This document shows positions 1 to 11,218 of a stretch of 64,000 nt of DNA, in pieces. Where the stretch lies: NCBI GenBank assembly GCA_033442325.1, contig JAWQFM010000003.1:1094663-1158662 (forward strand), in the 5' to 3' direction. The stretch comes from Salpingoeca rosetta. Lineage: Eukaryota; Protista; Choanoflagellata. The translations under genes were made by a program, and so were the position numbers. A model generated the notes under the pieces. That model worked only from the letters and a program-made list of their open reading frames with translations, ran no database searches and was not told the origin of the DNA. Each line of letters begins with the position of its first letter. Position 1 is the stretch's first letter.

Positions 1-484
1 GACGATGGGCTCCATTAAACAGCAGCAACAAGCGAAGAAAGGGAAGATCTGACACAAACGCGCAGGAAACACGCGCGCCACTACGTGTTCGAGATACTTC
101 ATGAAAGTAGACAGAAGAAACAACAAAAGTAAAAAAAAAAGGGGGGGGGTTCAATATGATGTGTTTGTTTGAGGGGTGGGAGAATCAGTGTGACTAAGAG
201 GAAGAGGACGTCAGTCCACGTGTGCCGCCCACACGCCTCGATGCTCAATGTCATGCATGGCGAAAGCGACAGACAATGACGATGCAAGGTCGACGCAGCG
301 CCATCACCTAGAGTGAAGCAGCTGTGGAAGCGACGCACACACGTACACGAAAAACTCCAAAAAAAAAAAAAAAAAAAGACACACGAGAATGCTTATCCTC
401 ACACAATCACAACTCACGACTCACGACACTCAACCACAATCACAACTCACAACTCACGACAACGACGACGACGACAACAATAAA

Positions 485-1646
485 TCAGACAAAGACGAGT
501 GTGCCGATGCTGTTCTGCCGCGCGTGGCGTTTCCGCCGCTCCTCCTCCGTCTCTGCAGCGCCATCGCCATCAGCCAAGCGCTGTGATCGTGTGCGCGATG
601 CACGTGCGGACACAGCGGCGCGTGTGGCGCTCGCTGTCGTGGACGTGGATGTGGTTGTGGTTGTGGTTGTGGATGAGGAAGACGAGGAGGACGGGAAGTG
701 GTGTTGCTGCTGCAGCACTGGCGAGGGCAGGGCAGTGCTAGTTGGCGTTGCACTAGTGATGGAAGTGGCGTCTGCGTCGCGTGCGCCCGTCAGCGTCACC
801 TCCTCCCCATCCCGGGGCTGCGCGGCGCTGCTGAGGTACTCTGGCAGAGTGTTTTCCTCCGGCTGACCATACCGCGCCTGCATGCTGGCGATGCTCGCCA
901 CGTACTCGTCGTGGTCGTAGGGGAACGTGCCGCCGTTCTCCTGCAGGATCTGGTCCTCGGTGAAGTGCTGGCGCAGCTGCGGGTATCCGCCCGGCAGCAG
1001 CTTCATGCGCGACTGCATCTTGCGCGACATGAAGTGGCGCACAATCGGCCACACAAACCGCATGAACAGCGGCGGGTTTACCGCGTACACGCAGCCAAAG
1101 CGCAGCGGGAGCTTGTTGGCAAAGGCGGAGAAGAGCTCCCGTGGCACGCGGCTGTCTGCGTTGGACATCTTCGCGCCAGTCATGTCGTTGACAAACACAA
1201 TGCCGCGGGCCTGGCTCTCGGGGTGGTTCCGCAGCACCATCTCAATGGCGGAGTGCACGGTGCGCACGGCGTAGCGTGGCGGCCACCGCTTGGGGTCTGT
1301 CAGGCACAGGCGGATGGTGAGGACATACCGGCCCTGCTTGTCCTTGTTGCCGCACGCCCGCACGCCGCCGCACTCAATGGCGGCCTTGAGCTCGGGGTCC
1401 GAGTGCATGGTGTACTCCTCGATGCCGTACTCTTCCCGCCAGACCATGTAGTTGCGCACAAGCTGGAGGGAGCGCTGCATGTCAAACTTGCGGGCGCGAA
1501 GGCAGGCAAGCTGCCAGAAGGGCCCCGCCTTCTCAAACAGCGCGTCGCCTTTGCCAAGCTCCTGGAACTCGCGGAACTTGACCTTTTCCGCCTCGGAGTT
1601 GAGCGGATACACCAGCTGGCCATCGGCGACCTACAATAAGCGCAAC

Positions 1647-1679
<33 letters not shown>

Positions 1680-2009
1680 ATGCGTGAGAACATGTGGGGG
1701 CTGGTAGGAAGGCAGATCTCAGGGATGGTAGTAAGAAGATTTAAGAGGGAGCGCGATTCAACACACAACACACAACACACAACACACAACACACGCACAC
1801 ACACACACGACACACACACACATACTGTCCCTTGTCACGCACGCTGTGCACACCTCAAAGTCGACGCTTCTTGCGACGCGGGAGAAGCCAGAGATGAGAT
1901 CTTTTGATGTGCGGGGGGACTTGTCCAAGACTTTGTCGATGTCTGGATCTTTCCCCACTTGCGAAGCAGTGGAGGAGGACGACGATTGTCGTCGCAGAAA
2001 GGAGGCCAT
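485..2009 (-). CDS. CRAL-TRIO (Sec14/alpha-TTP/clavesin-like) lipid-binding protein, 2 exons (2009-1854, 1630-485), about 433 aa
   Basis: ATG at 2009 (MASFLRRQ...), phase-0 GT-AG intron. Motifs ACLRARKFDMQRSLQLVRNY, DKQGRYVL, QARGIVFVNDMTG, PLRFGCVYAVNPP and ILQENGGT are typical of CRAL-TRIO N and C domains. Low-complexity S/T tail. Confidence 0.9.
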
Positions 2010-2723
2010 GGTGCGGGGAAGTGGATAAGGGAAAGGGAGGGCTGCTGCTCTTGCGTTCTCGTCACGCTGCGCTGCCGTCCAGAAAGGAAATACAAAAAGG
2101 AAGTTCACTCTCGACTTCAGGCAGATGATGCGAAGAGGACAACGGTGGAAAAGAGGGGGGCGTGTGTGTGTGTGTGTGTGTGTGTTGCTGCAGCGATATG
2201 ACGCCAGGTGGCACAGCGCGCGACAAAAGCAAGAGCCACAAAGAGCAAGCAAGCGAGTGAGCGAGTGAGTGAGTGACGGGGGGGGGGACCAAGAACTCAA
2301 GCAACGCTCTGCAACGAAAACGAAGAAGGAACGGCGGGAAACAAAGCACTCTCTCGCGTGCAAAGGTGCCGCCAATCAAAAACCAGCAACACCACGCGGA
2401 ATCAAATCAAATCAATCAATTGATTCGAAATCCTTTGGCCTTTGCCCTCCTTGCTTGGCCTAAACACAATCACGCGAAGTGTGCTTGCCGCTGCCGCCGG
2501 TGGTGGTCGTGATGTGATGCGATCACTTTCCGCTTTCGTTGGCTTGCTTGCTTGCTTGGTTGTCGTTGATTGTGCTTGCTCAGTCGCATGTGGGGGAAGG
2601 CGTGGTGCGGCTGTTGTTGTGTTTTGTTGTGTTGTGGCGTGATTTGGCACTGCAATTTTGCCTTTGAATTGCACAAAATCAGCACAGCAAGGCAAAATTG
2701 ACTTTCTGGGAACGTTACTTTAC

Positions 2724-2738
2724 CGCGGGAAATTCGAA
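2724..2738 (+). promoter_or_regulatory. Candidate E2F/CDE-CHR (DREAM-type) composite element CGCGGGAAATTCGAA upstream of the CEP83-like gene
   Basis: GCGGGAAA is the reverse complement of the E2F site TTTCCCGC and is followed directly by TTCGAA (CHR consensus TTYRAA). A second TTTGAA lies at 2663-2668. Confidence 0.4.
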
Positions 2739-2778
2739 AACAGGCTGACAAGACGTGCGACTCTGACTCAGAGTGGAC

Positions 2779-2899
<121 letters not shown>

Positions 2900-3049
2900 C
2901 GGACGGNNNNNNNNNNNNNNNNNNNNNNNNNNNNNNNNNNNNNNNNNNNNNNNNNNNNNNNNNNNNNNNNNNNNNNNNNNNNNNNNNNNNNNNNNNNNNN
3001 NNNNNNGGGGGGGGGGGGCGATGAGACGTGTGTACACGTTGACCTGCGA

Positions 3050-3180
3050 GAGACCTGAACGAGGCCTTGGAGCTCATCTCCCAGCTGCGCGAAGAAAACA
3101 AGGACCTGACAGCCCACAACCTCGATCTCGAACAACGCGTCATCACAACACGCCAAGTGGGTGCCTTGTGTGTGTGTGTG

Positions 3181-3233
<53 letters not shown>

Positions 3234-3992
3234 GCGACGGGCTACTTCATTGCCTGTCTGCTTCGCCGTCTGTCTGCTTCCCTGTGTGGCTGCTTCACTG
3301 TCGCCTGCTCCCCTCCTTCTGTCTCCCCTCCCTCTGTTGTTGTCTCTCGATCTCCATCCCGTTTCGCGTTGTGTTCTTTGCTGACGCGCGGAGAGCCCTC
3401 ATACCCTTCATCCACGCCTTGCAGGAATACGAAGAGCTGGAAGTGTCGCTGGAACAAACAAGCCTGGAACTGGCACAAATCAAGCAGGAGGCAGCGACTG
3501 GCGATGAAGAGGCACGCAAACGCATCAGCGCTCAGGCCCAGGAGATTCAACGACTTAACCAACTGGTTCGTTGACTATGGCTGCCCGTATGCTCCGTGTG
3601 CTTTGGAACATTGTGAGCGCAATTCGCCATCCAACATCCAAAACACCAATGCACGCGTATGCTTGTTTACACGTACACACGTGCGCACACCCATACATAC
3701 GCACGCACATGCACACACTTACATAAACACACACATATCAACACCACCTGCGTGTGACAGATGATCCATCCTGAAAAGCACGAGGAGGCCTTGAGCAAGC
3801 TTGCACTGCAGTTTCGACAGGAACAAGAAGACCACACATCACTGCTTAAACAAGATATTGAGCAGTACCGTGCAGCATACTACGACCTCAAAGGTGATAG
3901 CCAGTCAACCGCCCAGCAAATCGAGTGTGTGTCTCCTGAATGCACACCAGAATGTCCAATCACAAACAGCCTGATGCACTGCAACATTTCGC

Positions 3993-4035
<43 letters not shown>

Positions 4036-4539
4036 GCTCTGCAGAGGAAACGGAGAGGCTGGCAAAGGAACTTCGACAAACTCGGAGCAACCACGTTGCT
4101 TACTTGCAGGAGATGGAGGCCGCACATGCTGCTGAAGTAGACAACTTGAACAGAAAACTCAAGGCTGCGCAGGTGAGAGCATGCGTGGTTTGCGTGAAAC
4201 CGAGGACTTGCCCACAAGTGTCTCGAACAAGTACTCGCGTGCACACCTGTGTGCCTCACAAGAGATACTGCAAAGCTGCTACAACCTTTGTGCTCACTCG
4301 CACTCATGCCACAACAACAACACACCCCCATCGCAAACACACAATGCACAAACTCACGCATTCAAACTCGCGCACACAAACACAGGCTGAGCTTGACAAC
4401 AGCCCGCTCACCGCTGAAGTGCGACGACTCAAGCTGCAAGTGAGCGAACTCACAATGAAGCTGACAAACACCAAAGAAGAGAGCGAAAACCACCGCCGCT
4501 CCGTCATCTCCCTTCGCGTCGAGCTCGAGCAGGTGGGCT

Positions 4540-4601
<62 letters not shown>

Positions 4602-5481
4602 CATGCGTGTGTGTTCGTGTGTGTGTATGTGCATGTTCGTGTGTGTATGTGCATGTGTGTGTGTTCGTGTGTGTGTATGTTCGCATGTACGTGTGTGTGT
4701 GTTTGTTTGCTTTGGGTCTTTGGTGTTTCGTAAGCTCCTGTGCGTGCACCTGTGTTTCTGCGTGTGTGGCTCCGTGGATGACTGTATCCACACGCGGTTG
4801 TCGTATGAGTGGCTAATTGCACATTGCATGTGCTCGTGGTGTTTAGGCAAACCAACGTGTTGTGCTGCTTGAAACGGAGTTGGCAACAAGCTCCGTGTCA
4901 CTGGACTCACAAAAGCAAGGCTACAACCAACAGGTGTGTGTGTGTGTGTTTTGCGTGTGTGTGTGTGTGTGTGTTTGTGGGTGTTTTTTTTTTGTGTGTG
5001 TGTGTGCTGTGAGAGTGGCAGAGAATAGTTCTTCTGCTTGGGAGACTGTGAGGTTGACTGATTCTGCCACTCACCTAATGTACTGTGACCTCGACTCTGT
5101 CTGTCAAACCGTTAGCTTGAGCAACTCAAGACACGCCACACAGAGCTTGCGCATCAAATTGACACCCTGAAGCAGGCAAACGATGCGGTATGTGCGCACT
5201 TGCACGTCACTCGATTGTGTCCCATGTGCTTGCAGTAAACCCTTGCAATGCAGCGGAGTCGTGAGGACACTCGTGGTCCTCACACCTATCCTGCCGACTG
5301 TGCCAACACATTGCTTGTGTTCATTCGCACATCAGGCAAAGCAGACGTTTGCAACTGAGCGGGCCCACCTCGAGGACACCATTCGCCAGCTCAAGAACGA
5401 ACTCTCGACGGCAAGGCTGAGGTCAAAAAGCAAGCCCCATGTCGTGTGTCCGTGTGTGTGTGTGTGTGTGTTTGTGTTTGT

Positions 5482-5529
<48 letters not shown>

Positions 5530-8525
5530 ATTTGTGTGTGTGTGTGTACAAAGATAGCAGCGTAGGTGATTGGTGGCATGTGCTTTATTTTGGCTTGATG
5601 TTGGTGCTGACACGACATTGTCCATGACATCATCTCTCGTCTCGCTGTTTCAGTGCGAGCAAGACGGCTTCGGAACACGAGCAAGAAGCTCAGGTGAGGA
5701 AATTCATGCATTGCACACGCAAGCACGAGAGCTAGCGTTCGATGGCATGTTTCATGGTGGTGTGAAAGCTCTCGTGTTGTACTGAACGCCATCTACGGTC
5801 TCGCGCTGCCTTGTTGGTCCCGCGCTGCCTGTTGTCTCACACGTTCTTTCCTATTGGTTCATGCTTGCAGGCACTGAAGCAGCAGATTCATGAGTTCAAA
5901 ACGCGGGAGCGCGTCCACCAGGAAAACGTGAAGCAGCTCGAGCAAAGCCTTCTCGAAGCTGTACGTTGTGGCCTTGTGTGTGCGTGTGTGTGCGTGTGCA
6001 TGTTTGAGTTTACATGTGTGGGTTTACATGTGTGCGCACATGGGTTTGTACAAACGTTTCTGTGTGCTGTGTGCGTATATGTTTTGCTCTGTCTGGTGCA
6101 GCCGCCCCTCCCCAATGCAGCACCGATGATGCAACCCCTCTCACACTTGCTCGGCGTTGTTCTTGTGTGACGCAGGAGCACAGCACAGCTGCGAGCGTGC
6201 ACGCTGCACGGGAGGAGGAGTGGCAACGCGTGCGTGCCCTCAGCGAGGCCAAGATGAAATTGGAACAAGACCTTGCCCTTGTCAAACAGTACGTACATCA
6301 CTGTGATTGTAGACGACTGACTTTGCCCGGCTGTCAAACACCCACATGAATATGTGCGTGTGTGTGTTTGCATGTGTGTGCATATTTAAACGCACACGCG
6401 CACGCGCATACATGCGCATCGCGGTCGGTAAGAGAGTTCTTGGCCGTTTCGTCGGGCATGTCGCTTCACAGGCTCATGTCCATGCGCACACGTAGTCACG
6501 CTTCTCTCACGAAAACATGCACACGTTCACGCGACGTGCTTGTGGTGTTGGGGTGCGCAGAGAGCTTGAGCAGTGCCAGACAACGTCGGCGGCAGAGCTG
6601 CGGCAGTTGCGACAGCAGCACGACGATTTGCTGATTCAGCACGAAACGGCTGAACGGGAGGTGGCGGCGAAGACAAAGCAGATCCGCGGCCTTGAGCAGA
6701 AGTTGCAGCGCTTGCAACACATGGAGGACGTTGCGGATGATCTGAAGCAGGAGCTGGCAGACACGCAGGCCCAGCTCACGTCACTTCAACAGCAGCATCT
6801 CCAAGTCACGGTGGGTGCACTCTAAGACGTGCACCGTGTGCAATAATTTCACCCTCTCTGCTTCAGTGTTTCACTCACCTGCACCTGCCTCCACGTGCTC
6901 GGGACAAGAATGAGCGTGCACATGTGCAAGCACATTCAGCCACTCGCTCACTCTCACCCACTCGCTCGCCACTACCCATTCGCCCTCACTCACTCTCGCC
7001 CTCGCTCACTCTTGCCCTCGCTGTACACACGCCCACGTGTGCACATGCATGCCCGAACAGCGCGAGCGGGAGCGCGCTGGTGGGGAAGTGGAGCACCTTG
7101 CACAGCAGGTAGCGCGCCTGCGCGAACACGTTGAACACCAGCAGACAGAACACAACAACCACGTGGACGCATTGACGTCACAGCACCGGGCAGAGGTCCA
7201 AAGGCTCGACGCAGGAAACAGGAGGTTGTCCAAAGATTTGAAGGTGTGTTCTGCGCCTGGGTATGTGGCGCGGATTTCTGCATGAAGCCAGCCGACGTTT
7301 CCTGCTGGGCACTTGAGAAAATGTGTCAGAGTTGCATTCATTTCACCTGCAATTCTGCTGTCATGCATGGACACAGGTGGTGCAAGCCAAGTTTGCGGAG
7401 CTGAGCGAAGCCGCAAAGGTTTTCAAGGTGCGTGCTTGTATGAGTGTGTGTGTGTGTGTGTGTGTCTATCTGTCTGTCTGTCTGTCTGTCTGTTTATGCT
7501 TGTGTGGGTACGATTTTGTATACACTACGTGTGCGTTGCTGATATGTCAGTGTGTTTGTGTTGTGTTGTTGTGTATGTACATGTGTTTGTGCATGTGCAC
7601 GCTCGCGCTTGCGTGGCGAGTATGGGTGGCAGTTCCTCGTAGGTTTTGCATCTGCCTGATTGTGTGCGCTCCCGGCTTTGTATTTGCAGGCAAAGGCTAA
7701 AACATCCAAGCAACGATCATCTGACGAGATCCGGCAGATGCGCGAGCGATTGGCTGCTGTGGTGCGTTCGTGAAAGCACGCATTGGCGCGTGAATTTGCT
7801 CGTGTGCGCTGTCCTCTTGTTGTGTTGTTTGGGCTTTTGCATGGACCTGAATTTGCACTCAGTGCAACCCGGTTCGTGCGTACATGTGGAGGGTGGTGTT
7901 CTTGTGGTGTTGTACTCACGCGCATGGTGCACATCATTGTTGCATACGCGCATGTGCAGGAGGAGGCGCTTGATTCGCAAAAAGCAGAAACGCTGGCGTG
8001 GAAGAAGAAGTATTGCAACTTGAAGGTGAGCAAACGCGCGTGTGGTGCTTGGGGTTTCTCCTGGTGTACGCATGCATGGGCTCATCTTCCTCCTTGCTGT
8101 TTTTGCATTTTGGCAGTCGCGTGCGCTCAGCTTCAAGGAGGTGGTCACGAAGCACGACCAGCGCGTCAGCGCACAGATTCTTCAGGTGAGTTGGTTGGTC
8201 AATGTGTCCTGTGTTGTAACGGTGCAAAGTGGTGAACCCGCTGCACGGTTCTGTCGTGTGGTTTCGCCGACTTTGCTGTGGCCATTTCCGTGACATCGGT
8301 GACTGCCCTCTGACATTGCGCGCATTGTCACTGCCGTGTTTTGTGTCTGGCATTCGTGCGTGTCTCCTGCAGGGTCCACATCCCATTCCTGCGCGGGAAG
8401 GACAGGACAAGGCAGACGTACGTGTGTGTGTGTGTGTGTGTGTCTGTGTGTCTGTGTGTCTGTGTGTCTGTGTGTCTGTGTGTCTGTGTGTGTGTCTGTG
8501 TCTGTGTGTCTGCGTGTGTGTCTAT

Positions 8526-8565
<40 letters not shown>

Positions 8566-8844
8566 GTGTGTGTGTCCGCGTGTGCGTGTGTGTGACTGTG
8601 TGCGTGTCTGTGTGTGTCTGTCTGTGTGTGTCTGTGTCCATTTGTGTGCTGCTGTGCTAACTCGGTGCTTCGACCGCCGCAGATTGTTATAGTTTGTGTC
8701 CTCTGACACCAGACTCACGTGTGATGAATTCCAACTTATTCTGCGCATGTTCACATTCCCAAATTAATTCAGGAGGGCCACCTTGTGAACTTGCGGGACA
8801 TCTACCATCGACTCAGCATGTGGCGCGACGACGACGGTACGTGA
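3050..8844 (+). CDS. CEP83: CEP83/CCDC41-like centriolar distal-appendage coiled-coil protein, about 19 exons; 5' end lost in or near the gap 2907-3006
   Basis: Spliced exons (e.g. 3425-3565, 3761-3892, 4045-4172, 4386-4532, 6175-6288, 8773-8844) give a continuous coiled coil. Collinear blocks resemble human CEP83 as I recall it: HPEKHEEA...[15 protein letters not shown] ~ TPQKLE...DEEVEKYRAVYNKLR; [26 protein letters not shown] ~ [26 protein letters not shown]; [18 protein letters not shown] ~ NSDLKQQISSLQIQVTSL. Both gene ends are approximate. Confidence 0.72.
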
Positions 8845-9747
8845 TGGTCCGTGGTGACCTGCTGCTCGTGGTTGGGTGGTGGCGGCGGACGAGTAGGAGT
8901 GCACGCCTGCGTCGCTGCGTGGTGTAGTGTCGCGTGTGTGGTTGCGCGTGTGGGTCGATGTTTGCGGAAGTCTATGTGATTTTGCGGTTTTCAAAGGCTC
9001 ATGCTCGGGTTCTAATGTCACGCAATCACACCTGACATCATGGTTGTCTCCCAGGACGGCCGTTGCCGCCACTGCATGACAACGATGAGTGACTTCGTGC
9101 TCGTACAGTCCATTGATTTGATCCCCGACCACATTTGCCTCTTCTTTCTTTGTTTTTTTTTTTTTTTTTTTTTGTTATTTCCCTGCTATGTGCGTTGGTG
9201 CTGTCAACCAGTCAACCCGCTTGGTGTGCAGCGCTGTGGTCGTGTCATGCGTGCTGCGCCGGACGCAGCTAGAAGAAGAGAAGGGGCAATCGTTCTGTTG
9301 TTGTACTGTAAATTGATACACTCGGCCGCAAACCAACAGAAAAGCAAAAGGGCGGGCGTCGCCTTCTTGTTTGCTGCACCCCATGCCCTTCTTCGTTTGT
9401 TGTTGCTGCGTGCTGTCCAGATGTAAAAGATGCTTCCCACCAATAAGTGCTGTGTGTCCCGTAACATGGTGCTGTTGCCTCGGTTCACTTCACCTCACTA
9501 CATTGCTGGGGGTTACACTTACATTACAATTACAGTACCTCCCACACCTGGCACTGGCCACTGCCACGAGCATGTTGAGAAGCAGAAGAATAAACAAAAA
9601 AAAAAAACAAAAAAAAAAAAAACACCTTAACACGCAAAGGTGCAAGATCACAGACAAGTGGACCCACATCTCCTACGTCTCGCACACCAACATGCCACAC
9701 GAAAGAAACACAGCACACAGATACACAAACACTTCAAATGAATGTGT

Positions 9748-10213
9748 TTATTCTGTCGGGGTGTCCTTGGTCCAGTCACCATCTTGGTAGTTTGGAGGGA
9801 TGCACGGCACCTCCTTGCCATCCACTTCCATGGTGCCCTCAAAGAGCTTGTCAAGCTCGCGCTCCAAGGCAGCATTTGTGCCGCGCACTTGGTTGATGAC
9901 CTCGCGCGACCACCCAAAGTATGCCTGCGCACGCTTCACGCTCCAGTGCTTAGGAAGCTGCCGCTTCAGATCTCGCAAGTTGTACAACTTGTCGGCAAGC
10001 TTGACCAGCTTACCGCGCCGCGATGCGCTGGCAGCGTGCTCAATCTGCTGCAGCTTCCGCTCGTGCTTGTTGAGGCCCTTGTCATCGCTGACTTCAGCCA
10101 CGACCTGCGCGACCTCTGGTCCAAACTCGTCCTTCAACTGCTCCAGTGTCACATCAGTGTCCTCCACGGTATCGTGCCTGGGCACACACACCACACACAC
10201 GCACACGCACACG

Positions 10214-10257
<44 letters not shown>

Positions 10258-10911
10258 CGAGATAGATGGTCACTTGGTATGAGCATGGTCACAACACAAC
10301 TTCAGGGCGTGGAAAGGCATTCTGGCATTACACGTGCATGGGTTTGAGCACGGAGCAACAGCGTGAAACTGAGCAAACTCAGGCAAAATCGCAGAGGTGT
10401 CGTGTGTCTCCAACACACGTACAGGAGCGCGGCTTGCAACACCACGATGTCATCCTCGCCTCCGACGTTGGCAATGAGGTCCGCAACACCTGCGTTACAT
10501 TGTACCTCGATTAGTATCATGTGCACACACACGACTTCAAGCCAATGAAGACTGAAAGAACTTGCAGGGCAAACGCCGATCACTGGCTCGAATCATCCAG
10601 CCAAGCCAAACAGTCACAGGTATCCAACAATGTCATCACTGTGGCCCAACACAGCCGTTTGTCCCTTTTTCATCGTCTCATAGTCGACAGACACGAGTCG
10701 CCAGCTTGACAGCCTGACAGCGCTCGAGTCGAGCACTTGACGACACAACACAAACAGCTGACAAGCTCCAAAGCAAGACCAACACACACACACACACACA
10801 CACACCAATGGGGTGGTTGATGTACGGAGTGCCTTCTGGGTCTTTGCGACGCTGCTTGCGATGGGCGTGCGCCGCAAAGCTCGCAGTGCGCAGCAACAGC
10901 GCGGAGTTCAT
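9748..10911 (-). CDS. HDDC3: MESH1/HDDC3 HD-domain (p)ppGpp hydrolase / NADPH phosphatase, 3 exons (10911-10806, 10489-10423, 10177-9748), 200 aa
   Basis: FAAHAHRKQRRKDPEGTPYINHPIGVA, AALLHDTVEDT, EVSDDK and KLVKLADKLYNLRDL are diagnostic of MESH1. Exon phases 1 and 2 join correctly (603 nt total). Confidence 0.95.
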
Positions 10912-11218
10912 GACGAGGACGACGACGAGAGGACGAGCGTGGGAGGCAAGCAAAAAGTCAAAACTTTGCTATTGCTCAACAGAACAAGTTGGGAGATTTG
11001 TGCGATATCTTTCAGGATTCCTCGAAGCCCAAGAGGTGAGCACTGCTGTTTGTGTTTGTGTTCGTGTTGTTCAGTGCTCCGCTTGCTTGCCTTGCTGTTC
11101 GAGCCAAGCAGCCAAGCAAGCTTCGTCGGTGCTGGACTTTTCATTCACCACGACCTCATGCATTTCGTGGGATACCATCTCAATCCTGGACGTGTGGTGC
11201 ATCATCAGCAAGCGAAGA

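Noticed and set aside
698-1639. 313-aa antisense ORF over the CRAL-TRIO exon (similar cases at 15187-16188 and 49003-49860)
   Set aside because: Expected shadow ORFs of GC3-rich coding sequence with no recognisable protein features.
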